DNA from: Bryobacteraceae bacterium
Lineage (GTDB): Bacteria; Acidobacteriota; Terriglobia; Bryobacterales; Bryobacteraceae
DNA: 64,000 bases
Reading direction: 5' to 3'
Assembly (NCBI GenBank): GCA_031969915.1
Contig: DALYJJ010000002.1
Location: 12,209-76,208 of the forward strand
The first letter of the stretch is position 1, and every line of letters starts with the position of its first letter. The notes under the pieces were generated by a model. The model did no database searches, had not been told where the DNA came from, and worked only from the letters and a program-made list of their open reading frames with translations. Below, in pieces: positions 41,444 through 49,022 of this stretch. A program made the translations under genes and the position numbers.

Positions 41444-43138
41444 TCAGGGTTGCTCGGGCGCCGGTTCCTCACTGGGTGGCGGCGTGGCGCCCTTGATTTC
41501 GTGTTCGTCAAAGATGGCCGCGCGCACCGTGTTGTCGTCTTCGTTATCCAGGTTGTTGCGGTGGCGGAATTGCGTGAAGGCCTCGTCGAATTCCTCCTGG
41601 GTCCACTTCTCGGGAGCCTTCTCGCCGAAGCCCAGGTTGTAGAGCCGCTGCTTCACGGCCAGGTCATCGCCCACGTCGCGCGCCCGCAACGCACCGGCGT
41701 CGACCACAAGCGGCCAGAACGTCTCCTCACCCGCGAACTTGTCGGTGTCTCCGCCCGGGTCCGGCCCCTCGGGCGCGGGCATGTCCAGTCCCGTGGCGTC
41801 GATCCGGATGGTCATCTTCGTGCGCTCGTCGATCACGGGGATCCGCAACTCGCCCTTCGCGTCGGTGGTGCCGCGGATCAACGGCGCGAACTCCGCCTCT
41901 CCCGCCTTCACCACGTACCGCCGGTTCGCCAGCGGGATCTTCTTACCGCCCTGCCCGTCGATGCGCAACCGGACCACCCACTCGCGCAGCTTGCGCTCGC
42001 ACGGGGAGTGCTGGGCGAAACCGTGATAGAAGCGGCACGCCATCGTGTTGCCGGTCTCTTCCACCGGAACCGGAGTCACCGTGTTCGTCTCGTCCACCGC
42101 CAGGATGGTCATCCGGTCGCCGAACGTGCGGTCTTCCGGCCCTTCCGTGCGGCGCTTGTCCCCATCGGACCAGAACCGCTTCACGCACAGCGAGCCGTCC
42201 TGCTTCGCCGTCGGGCACGGCCATTTCTTCGGATCGATCCGCGTGCCATGTTTGAACACGAAAACCAGCGCGCGCCGGTCGACGACGTACAACTCATTGC
42301 GGACCTCGCGCAACACGGGGTCCTTCTTGGCCGCGTCGGTCTTGCTTTTTGAGAACAGAAAGATCGGATTGAACTCCCCGCACCCCTGCACGTCGCCTTT
42401 CAGCCCGTCTCCCTTGCCGCGAGCGATGAAGTCATCCGGAGTGAGCTCGAAGTTGTTGCCGTCCGGGTCCTTGCAGATGGCGTCCATGTACTCGCGGAAC
42501 AACTGCAGGCGCATCTTCTTGTCGAGCGTGAATCCTTTGCCGAAGCCTCGAGATTCGCGCCAGGCGGAGATCGCGTCGCGCGTCGCCTTTTGCGTTTGCG
42601 CGGTGAGCCCGCCGTCAATCGGACCCGTGTAGAACGGCCCCGCGTCGTCCTCCAACGTCTGGGAGAGTATCGTCTGGAACGACTTGGTGCCCCATTGGTC
42701 GCCGCCGAAGCCCGGAGAAAACAGCTCGTCCCAGATCTCGGCCTTGCGAATCAGCAGCCCGTACAGTGCCAGGGCGCGCCGTCCGCTGAGCGTCTTGTTG
42801 TAGTTGTCGTCGCCGGTAGGGTCGGCGTGCGCGAAGACGGAGCATGGCGGGAACGCCTTCGACTCATGCGAGTCGCGCAGCTTGATCATCAGTCTCGCAA
42901 AGCGCGTGAAGGCGTCGGCAGACTCCGGACTGATGAACGACGAATCGAACGCGAAGCCGGTATTCGGAAGCCGCATGCAGCCGATGGCGATCAGCTTCTC
43001 CCGGATGGCATTGAAGTTCTTGCCGGTCTGCTCGGCGGGGATCGGGGCCACCAGCACAGGCAGTTCGGCCCGCTGCGGATGGGTCGCCACGATCCCGTTC
43101 GGCGCGACATCGAGAATGAATACCGGTTCGCCAGCCAT
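41444..43138 (-). CDS. OmpA_C-like peptidoglycan-associating protein with inserted and C-terminal PG_binding_1-like modules
   Basis: The OmpA_C-like core is split. The first half is FAFDSSFISPESADAFTRFARLM...VFAHADPTGDDNYNKTLSGRRALALYGLL. The second half is GCGEFNP...VDRRALVFVF. An insert (FYTGPIDGGLTAQTQKATRDAISAWRESRGF) and the C-terminus (LAVKQRLYNLGFGEKAPEKWTQEEFDEAFTQFRHRNNL) resemble PG_binding_1. A beta-sandwich-like unit is also present (VVRLRIDGQGGKKIPLANRRYVVKAGE...GTTDAKGELRIPV). No signal peptide (MAGEPVFILDVAPNG). Confidence 0.7.
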   Translation of the reverse strand: MAGEPVFILDVAPNGIVATHPQRAELPVLVAPIPAEQTGKNFNAIREKLIAIGCMRLPNTGFAFDSSFISPESADAFTRFARLMIKLRDSHESKAFPPCSVFAHADPTGDDNYNKTLSGRRALALYGLLIRKAEIWDELFSPGFGGDQWGTKSFQTILSQTLEDDAGPFYTGPIDGGLTAQTQKATRDAISAWRESRGFGKGFTLDKKMRLQLFREYMDAICKDPDGNNFELTPDDFIARGKGDGLKGDVQGCGEFNPIFLFSKSKTDAAKKDPVLREVRNELYVVDRRALVFVFKHGTRIDPKKWPCPTAKQDGSLCVKRFWSDGDKRRTEGPEDRTFGDRMTILAVDETNTVTPVPVEETGNTMACRFYHGFAQHSPCERKLREWVVRLRIDGQGGKKIPLANRRYVVKAGEAEFAPLIRGTTDAKGELRIPVIDERTKMTIRIDATGLDMPAPEGPDPGGDTDKFAGEETFWPLVVDAGALRARDVGDDLAVKQRLYNLGFGEKAPEKWTQEEFDEAFTQFRHRNNLDNEDDNTVRAAIFDEHEIKGATPPPSEEPAPEQP

Positions 43139-43144
43139 GCGTAC

Positions 43145-43873
43145 TCACATGCCGTGGACGGCGAGCAGCTTCTTCACGATCTTGTCTTCCTGCACGCCTG
43201 TCTTGCCGGCGGTGTCGTTGGTGGCGGGGTCCTCTTCTCCGTCCGGGGGCGCGGCGACGATGGCCGGCCGCTTCGCGGGCTTGGCGATGTGATCGCACTC
43301 GAACTCCTCGGCCGCCCAGAGCAGTTGATCCAGGTCCTTCACGCTGTAGCCGGCAAAGTAGCCCAGGTTGTTGAGCCGCGCCTGCTGCCCGGAGATCTTG
43401 GTCTCCGGATTCAGGCTCCCGATCCGCAGATCATATTTCACGTCGTGAGGCTCCGGCTTCTCCGGATGCGCGATCAATTCGCCCTGCTTCACCACCCGGC
43501 CCATGCGCTTTTCCACAATCCCTTCCGTGTCGGTCGGGTCTGCGGCTTCCGCCGGCTTGCCGCTCTCCAGCGCGATGTCGCACGCCGTTTCGCTCATCTT
43601 GTTACCGTCGACGTCGATCAACTTGCACCGCAGAAACAGGGGCGGAACATCGGCTTGAAACACATGCGTCTGGTCGGTGGCCCGGCGCTCCTGTTTGTCC
43701 TCCCGGTCCGGAATGAAGATCTGATCGCCAGGAAACAGAACGTGGGGGTCGCGAAGCGCCTTGACGGCGGCGTTCTCAGGGTGGTCCCAGAGGACGTGGA
43801 AATCGCCGAAGCCCTCCTGGGCGGCGATGGCGGAAAGATGCTCCCCCTGCTGGACGATATGAGTCTTCGGCAT
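43145..43873 (-). CDS. LysM-domain protein with a PG_binding_1-like C-terminal module
   Basis: N-terminal LysM: THIVQQGEHLSAIAAQEGFGDFHVLWDHPENAAVKALRDPHVLFPGDQIFIP. Middle beta-sandwich-like unit: LFLRCKLIDVDGNKMSETACDIALESGK...TDTEGIV. C-terminal ISGQQARLNNLGYFAGYSVKDLDQLLWAAEEFECDH. No signal peptide. The stop lies 6 nt before the next start. Confidence 0.75.
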   Translation of the reverse strand: MPKTHIVQQGEHLSAIAAQEGFGDFHVLWDHPENAAVKALRDPHVLFPGDQIFIPDREDKQERRATDQTHVFQADVPPLFLRCKLIDVDGNKMSETACDIALESGKPAEAADPTDTEGIVEKRMGRVVKQGELIAHPEKPEPHDVKYDLRIGSLNPETKISGQQARLNNLGYFAGYSVKDLDQLLWAAEEFECDHIAKPAKRPAIVAAPPDGEEDPATNDTAGKTGVQEDKIVKKLLAVHGM

Positions 43874-43983
43874 GGCCCGAGCCAGTATGGTAGCCGAAAA
43901 CGGCGCCGGTTGGAACCGATTCCGCTATTTCTACCGTTATTGGTTACGCGGTTTGCTCGGAGAAGGCAGCTCACCGAGAGCCC

Positions 43984-44041
43984 AGAAAAAAACAGCCCGT
44001 GGGCCGCTCAACCGGCGCTTGTCGGCCGGCGGCCCACGGGC
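43984..44041 (-). terminator. rho-independent terminator of the TonB-dependent receptor gene
   Basis: On the minus strand, GCCCGTGGGCCGC (44041..44029) pairs with GCGGCCCACGGGC (44007..43995): a 13-bp perfect stem around a 21-nt loop. It is followed directly by TGTTTTTTTCT (plus-strand A-run 43986..43992). It lies 40 nt after the receptor stop at 44081. Confidence 0.85.
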
Positions 44042-44080
44042 AGAGTTCTTCCAGGACGTACAGCGCGTTCGCGCTGGCGC

Positions 44081-47000
44081 TTAGAAATTCAGCTTCAGCG
44101 CAAGCTGAATCAGCCGAGGATCGAAGGTGGACGTCACGCGACCGAAGTTGGCGGAAGTGAGGTCCACCACCGGGGCGCCGAAGTTGGTGCGGTTGAAGAA
44201 ATTGAAGAACTCGGCACGGAACGCCAGGCGCGAGGTCTCATTGATGAACGGTAGGGCGAACGACTTCGACATCGTGAAGTCCACCTGGTAGAGCGGGAAG
44301 CCGTAGACGACGTTGCGGCCGAGGTTGCCGAACGGAGCGATGGCGGCGGGGATGGCCAGGTTCGCCCGGTTGAAGTAGTTGGTGAAGGTGCGCGAGGCGT
44401 CCGGAGCCTTCGCTCCCTGGGACCCGTCGATCAGGTTGGGCCGCAGCGCCACGTTGCCCAGAAAGTCGGGTTGCCCGTCGCTCAGGCGCCCGTCGAAATC
44501 GGGGTAGCGGATGTTGAGGGGCTGGCCCCCGGTGAGCGTGATGATCGAGGAAGCCTCCCAGCCGCCCAGGAATGCGTCCACCGCGCCGGGCATGCCGCTT
44601 CCGAAGCGCTTGCCCTTGCCGAAGGGCAGCGAATAGGTGACGCTCGTCGTGTTGTTGAAGCGCTGGTCGAAGCTGGAGGGGCCGCGGTCATTGGCGACAT
44701 TGCGGATGTCCTGCGGGTTCGGCGATCCGCCGTTGGTGGTCTCCAGAACCTGTCCACCGTTGTCGATGGCCTTCGAGTAGGTGAAGGCGTTCAACAGCAG
44801 CAGGTCGCGGCCGCGGCGCTCGAACTTCACCTGGAGGGCGTTGTAGTTGGAGAAGCCGCCGGTCACCACCGCTGTGATGTTGCCGAAGCCCTGGTAGGGG
44901 CGGCGCGCCTGCAGCGTGCCCAGTGTGGTGAGGCCTCGCGAGACTTCCTCCTGGGTGATGGGGCGGGCCTGGTTGAAGTCGCCGAGCAGCGGCAGGTCCG
45001 TGCCGCGGTTGCCGACGTAGGCGACATCCAGCAGCGTGTCCTTGGTCAGGCTGTACTGCATGGTGAAGTGCCAGTTGTGAATCTGGCCCCACGGCAGGTC
45101 CGTCGGCGTGTAGAGAATCACGTTCGAGGGGGGGTTCACCGGGTATCCCATCTCACGCGTCCGGAAGCAGCCGTCGAAATTGTTCCCGGCGCAGGGAGTG
45201 TTCAGTAGCGCCGCTGAGTTCTGCCGCGAGAAGCGCGTGACGAACGGCGCGTTGGTGCCCAGGATCTCCGCCGACGCCATCCGGTTCCAGTAGTTGTAGC
45301 CGAGCCCGTAGCCGCCGCGAAGCACCAGTCTCTTGTTGAGCTGATAGGCCGCACCCACGCGCGGCGAGAACAGGCCATAGCGGATCTCCCGCTGGGCACG
45401 CTCCTCGATCGAGCCGTTGGTGGCCTGCACCAGGCGGTTGGTAGCCGGATCGAAGTTGGCCTGCCGGCCCTCGGCTTCGTAGAACGGCGTCGTCAATTCA
45501 TAGCGCAGACCCAGGTTGAGCGTCAGCTTGTCGGTCGCCTTCCAGTCATCCTGCAGGTAGAACCAGTGACCCTGCTGCCGAATCGGCACTGCCACCTGTG
45601 TCGCGAGCTGGTAGGAGCTGCGCGCGCCGAAATAGAAATCGGCGATGTTGTAGAAGTAGTTGTTCGCCGTGCCGCCGGTGGGCCGGCTGAACGTGCCGCC
45701 AAAGCCGTCGATGCCGTAGAGCGGGTTGGTGTCGTCGACAAGGATTCGCATGTACAGCCACTCATAGCCCATCTTCAGGTTGTGGCGGCCCGCGATCTTA
45801 CTCAGGTTCAGGCGCGAGTTGATGGTGGTGGGGAACTGCGCCTGCGGGTTCGTGGATTGGCGGCCGATACGGAAGCCGAGCCCGGTGATGTCCTGCGGCG
45901 TGATGCCGCCCCGCACGCGCTCACCCGTGGGAAGGCCCGTGATGCCGAACAGGTCCTGCATGCTGGGCGTGCCCACCAGGGCAGGAAGACGGTCCATTCC
46001 CAGGCGCGTAACGGCGAAGCGGTACTCCAGAACTTCGGTGGCGGATTTGGTCCAGGTAGCGCCAGCCGTGCCGTTCTGGTTGAAGACGTTCAGGTTGCCG
46101 ATCGAGTTGCCGCCCGAAAAGCCGGTGACAACGCCTGGCTGGAAGATATCCTGCCGCCGCTGCGTGTAGCGGAAGAAGGTGGCGACGCTCGGCTTCAACT
46201 GGTGATCGATCTTGACGGCTCCCTTGTCTTCGTTCAGTTGATTGCGGGCGTAGCCGGAATAGTTGTTCGCGATGCCGAGCGCGCCGCCGCCCGGGGAGTT
46301 CGGTTGCGGCAGTTCGTTCAGCACGCGGCGGGCGAAGCGCGTCATCGGAATCGGCTGCCCGGCGGGGATCACCGTGCCGGCGGCGATGGAGCGGCCCTGG
46401 TCATCCGTAAACGCGATGGGCACGCGGACATCGGTGGGCAGCACGCCGCGGCGATGGTCGAGCGACGGCAGATTCACGAACTGGAAGGGCGACTGGATCC
46501 ACCGCGACCCTTCGTAGTCGGCAAAGAAAAAGGTGCGGTCCTTGACGAGGGGGCCGCCGAAGGTGCCGCCGAACTGGTTGCGGTTTACCTGCGGCTTGGG
46601 GAGCACCTGGTTATTCACGGTGGGCTTGAAGAAACCGTAGGCGTTCAGACGCGTGTTCTGCAGGAAGTTCCAGAGCGAGCCGTGGAATTCGTTGCCGCCG
46701 GAACGGGAACTGACGTTCATCACCGCGCCGCCCGACCGCCCGTACTCCGCCGAGTAGGCGTTCACCACCATGCGGAACTCGGCCACCGAATCCGGCGACG
46801 GTTGGATCGCCTGGTTCGAGAAGCCCTGGTTCGTGGTGCCGTAGAAGTTGTTGTCGACGCCGTCCAGAAGGAAGTTGTTGAATACGCTCCGCAGCCCGTT
46901 GACGTTGTAAGAGCCTTCGCGGCGGAACGCGATGTCGCCCTGGTTGCCCACCTGCGATTGCCGTACGCCGGGAACCAGAAGCGCCAGGTTCGAATAGGAG

Positions 47001-47449
47001 CGGCCCAGGATCGGGAGGTTGACGATCTGCTTCTGCGTGATCACCTGGCCCTTGGAGGAGCTTTCGCTTTCGAGCAGCGGCGCTTCCGCCGTCACGTTGA
47101 CGACTTCGGTGACGGCGCCGACCTGGAGCATCAGATCGACGCGCTGCCGGGCGTTGACGGTGATGTTCACGCGCTCCACAATGGCGCGCGAAAACCCGGC
47201 CATCTCCGCCGTAACCGAATACGCACCGATGCGAACCGTCGGGAAAATGTAATCGCCCGCCGCATCCGTGGTGGCTTGAGCGACGATGCCCGTGTCGAGA
47301 TTCTTGAGCGTGACCGCGGCGCCCGAGATGGCGCCTCCCTTGGCGTCGCGTACCGACCCAAGAACGGCGGCAGAATCGAATTGGGCTCGGGCCGCGGAGG
47401 CTCCGAAGAGCAGGGCGGCGAACAGAGCGAGAGATCTTTGAAGATTCAT
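44081..47449 (-). CDS. TonB-dependent receptor with N-terminal carboxypeptidase-regulatory-like domain
   Basis: The ATG at 47449 gives MNLQRSLALFAALLFGASAARAQ; the track ORF extends to 47512. The acidobacterial-type N-terminus is GSVRDAKGGAISGAAVTLKNLDTGIVAQATTDAAGDYIFPTVRIGAYSVTAEMAGFS. A plug and a long beta-barrel follow. The protein ends ...LALKLNF with a terminal Phe. Confidence 0.88.
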   Translation of the reverse strand: MNLQRSLALFAALLFGASAARAQFDSAAVLGSVRDAKGGAISGAAVTLKNLDTGIVAQATTDAAGDYIFPTVRIGAYSVTAEMAGFSRAIVERVNITVNARQRVDLMLQVGAVTEVVNVTAEAPLLESESSSKGQVITQKQIVNLPILGRSYSNLALLVPGVRQSQVGNQGDIAFRREGSYNVNGLRSVFNNFLLDGVDNNFYGTTNQGFSNQAIQPSPDSVAEFRMVVNAYSAEYGRSGGAVMNVSSRSGGNEFHGSLWNFLQNTRLNAYGFFKPTVNNQVLPKPQVNRNQFGGTFGGPLVKDRTFFFADYEGSRWIQSPFQFVNLPSLDHRRGVLPTDVRVPIAFTDDQGRSIAAGTVIPAGQPIPMTRFARRVLNELPQPNSPGGGALGIANNYSGYARNQLNEDKGAVKIDHQLKPSVATFFRYTQRRQDIFQPGVVTGFSGGNSIGNLNVFNQNGTAGATWTKSATEVLEYRFAVTRLGMDRLPALVGTPSMQDLFGITGLPTGERVRGGITPQDITGLGFRIGRQSTNPQAQFPTTINSRLNLSKIAGRHNLKMGYEWLYMRILVDDTNPLYGIDGFGGTFSRPTGGTANNYFYNIADFYFGARSSYQLATQVAVPIRQQGHWFYLQDDWKATDKLTLNLGLRYELTTPFYEAEGRQANFDPATNRLVQATNGSIEERAQREIRYGLFSPRVGAAYQLNKRLVLRGGYGLGYNYWNRMASAEILGTNAPFVTRFSRQNSAALLNTPCAGNNFDGCFRTREMGYPVNPPSNVILYTPTDLPWGQIHNWHFTMQYSLTKDTLLDVAYVGNRGTDLPLLGDFNQARPITQEEVSRGLTTLGTLQARRPYQGFGNITAVVTGGFSNYNALQVKFERRGRDLLLLNAFTYSKAIDNGGQVLETTNGGSPNPQDIRNVANDRGPSSFDQRFNNTTSVTYSLPFGKGKRFGSGMPGAVDAFLGGWEASSIITLTGGQPLNIRYPDFDGRLSDGQPDFLGNVALRPNLIDGSQGAKAPDASRTFTNYFNRANLAIPAAIAPFGNLGRNVVYGFPLYQVDFTMSKSFALPFINETSRLAFRAEFFNFFNRTNFGAPVVDLTSANFGRVTSTFDPRLIQLALKLNF

Positions 47450-47651
47450 GGCATTTACGAGTGATGAAAGACTAACCGGCTGAGGGGAAAAACGCACCTC
47501 TCCCGAAGTCACGGGAGACCCTACATCCCTTTAGATTACCCGTGCCTCCGGCTGCGATGGCCAAAATGACATGAAAGTTTGCTGACAATTCGGTTGCGAT
47601 TGACGGTGTCGCAACCGAGGCGGCTCGGTGGTCTTAGGGGTGAGGAAAGCT

Positions 47652-48683
47652 ATGCGCTTCATGAGAGCAATGACGGTCCTGGCGGCGGCGGTGCTCTGGG
47701 CGGCGCCGTCCTTCGGTGCCGCGGTCTTTTTTCCCCTGCAGACGGGAAACGAATGGGTGTATCGGAACGCAAGGTGGGGCGACGGGTTCCACGTCCGCGT
47801 CGGATTGCCCGTGATGATCAACGGCCGCGTCTACCACGCCCTGGACGGATACACCGAGAAGCGGCTGCTGGTCCGCGTGGATGAGCGCGGCCAACTGTTG
47901 GCCGTGAATGAGGAGACCGGCCGCGAGGAACTAGTGACCTCCTTCGAGACTCCCGGCGGCGGATGGTGGCCGGCCAACGGACGCATATGCGGCGGCGAAG
48001 GAGAGACGCAGGAGCGCCGCGAAGAACACGATGGGCCGGCCGGGCCGTTCCGCGAGGTGCTGAGTATTCGTTACCGTGGCCTCTCCTGTGCGGACTACGG
48101 CGCCGAGAGCGAGCAGTTCGCGGAGAACATTGGCATGGTGCGGCGCGTCAACCAGACGTTGTTGGGCCCGCGCGTTCACGACTTGGTCTATGCGCGCGTC
48201 GGGCGAAGCGTGATCGAAGCACGGCCCCACGGACGGTTCACGCTTGTGGTGGAACCGGACGTCGAACAAGGCTTCCTGCGAGCGACGCTGCGCCTGCAAA
48301 CAGGCCCTGCCGGGCCGCTCCGCCTGGAGTTCCCTTCGTCGCAGGTCTACGAGGTGCTGGTCAAGGACGCCGCCGGCGCGGTCCTCTGGCGGTACTCCGA
48401 CGGCCTAGTGTTCCTGCCCGCGGTGCACCCGCGCGAATTCGCGGGCGAGTGGAGCGCCGAGGTGCGCATCCCGCAACCGTCCGCGGAGAGATTCACGGTG
48501 CAGGCCTGGATGACAACCAGCGAGCCGTCATTTGCGGCCATGGTGCCCGGGGTGGGACTTGAACCCACACGCCACTTGCGCGGCAAAGGAGTGCGAGTGA
48601 ACACAACTTCTCCCGGCTTCATCGAGGCGCCGATCCGTGGAGCCGACTACGTTATTGACGGCGGCACCATGCCAACCATCTGA
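47652..48683 (+). CDS. secreted protein with a BsuPI-like (intracellular proteinase inhibitor fold) C-terminal domain; the last ~47 codons are chimeric
   Basis: The ATG at 47652 is preceded by GGGGTGAGGAAAG and gives the signal peptide MRFMRAMTVLAAAVLWAAPSFG. The BsuPI-like pattern is LEFPSSQVYEVLVKDAAGAVLWRYSDGLVFLPAV...GEWSAEVRIP. From 48541 the frame runs through the antisense of a tRNA-Leu 3' fragment (VPGVGLEPTRHLRGKG) and unrelated sequence, so the native 3' end is uncertain. Confidence 0.55.
   Translation: MRFMRAMTVLAAAVLWAAPSFGAAVFFPLQTGNEWVYRNARWGDGFHVRVGLPVMINGRVYHALDGYTEKRLLVRVDERGQLLAVNEETGREELVTSFETPGGGWWPANGRICGGEGETQERREEHDGPAGPFREVLSIRYRGLSCADYGAESEQFAENIGMVRRVNQTLLGPRVHDLVYARVGRSVIEARPHGRFTLVVEPDVEQGFLRATLRLQTGPAGPLRLEFPSSQVYEVLVKDAAGAVLWRYSDGLVFLPAVHPREFAGEWSAEVRIPQPSAERFTVQAWMTTSEPSFAAMVPGVGLEPTRHLRGKGVRVNTTSPGFIEAPIRGADYVIDGGTMPTI
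48541..48588 (-). pseudogene. 3' fragment of a tRNA-Leu gene (variable arm, T-arm, acceptor 3' strand, CCA)
   Basis: The reverse complement reads ...GCCGCGCAAGTGGCGTGTGGGTTCAAGTCCCACCCCGGGCACCA: a class II variable hairpin, T-arm GTGGG-TTCAAGT-CCCAC and acceptor 3' strand CCCGGGC plus ACCA. I could not fold a matching 5' acceptor strand, D-arm or anticodon arm from the adjacent sequence. Confidence 0.6.
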
Positions 48684-48700
48684 GCGGTTCTTGAGCGAAC

Positions 48701-49022
48701 TGGTGCGGGCGGAGGGACTTGAACCCTCACGGACCTTGCGGTCCAACGGATTTTCTTGCCCTCTACGGCTTTCGCCGCCCTTGGCTTACTTGCCAGGGTT
48801 TGGGGTCTGGACTATCCCTTCACCATGCCCCGAATCAAGTTCCGGGATTAGGCGCTGCCCGTCTAGTCTCTACACCTTCCCGGCCGTTTCGGGCCGGGCT
48901 TGGCTCGGGATCGCCATGTTACAGGGTTCCCCGACTTTGGGCAGTTCTGCATCGCCGGTTTCCCGGCGAGCACTCAAGTTCTCTCTCAAGTCCGATGCGT
49001 CTGCCGATTCCGCCACGCCCGC
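48701..49022 (-). tRNA. tRNA-Leu(UAA) interrupted by a group I intron (exon 1 49022..48988, exon 2 48754..48701)
   Basis: Exon 1 is GCGGGCGTGGCGGAATCGGCAGACGCATCGGACTT. Exon 2 is AAAATCCGTTGGACCGCAAGGTCCGTGAGGGTTCAAGTCCCTCCGCCCGCACCA. Joined they give an 89-nt class II tRNA: acceptor GCGGGCG/CGCCCGC, anticodon stem TCGGA/TCCGT, loop CTTAAAA (anticodon UAA), variable hairpin GGACC-GCAA-GGTCC, T-loop GGTTCAAGTCC, encoded CCA. Confidence 0.88.
48755..48987 (-). ncRNA. group I intron (IC3-like), 233 nt, inserted between U34 and A35 of tRNA-Leu(UAA)
   Basis: The intron starts after exon U (GAGAGAGAACTTGAGTGC...) and ends in G (...GTAGAGGGCAAG). There are GAAA-tetraloop hairpins: TCGCCGG-GAAA-CCGGCGA and GGC-GAAA-GCC. 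The core strings CCCGAGCCAAGCCC and GGGAAGGTGTAGAGACTAGACGGGCAGCGCCTAA ... GGGATAGTCC match the conserved P3-P8 core of the Anabaena tRNA-Leu and Azoarcus tRNA-Ile introns as I recall them. P7 pairs GACTA with TAGTC. Confidence 0.85.

Noticed and set aside
39116-43873. Calling the LysM/OmpA-like/large-protein operon a T6SS or contractile-injection (eCIS/PVC-type) fragment, because LysM proteins occur in such clusters.
   Set aside because: The window contains no sheath, tube, baseplate, VgrG/PAAR, ATPase or tape-measure gene, and the operon is insulated by a terminator and a convergent gene. Nothing in the sequence supports that assignment.
43887-43915. Annotating a promoter feature for the LysM operon (TTCCAA, 17 nt, TACCAT on the minus strand).
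   Set aside because: The match is only 3/6 and 4/6 to the sigma70 consensus, and acidobacterial promoter rules are poorly known. I kept it as a remark inside the operon finding instead of as a feature.
48590-48683. Annotating a short-chain dehydrogenase pseudogene fragment from the peptide VRVNTTSPGFIEAPIRGADYVIDGGTMPTI.
   Set aside because: Only about 30 residues resemble an SDR, and the match would need a large internal deletion. That is too weak for a feature, so I mention it only as a possibility in the scar finding.
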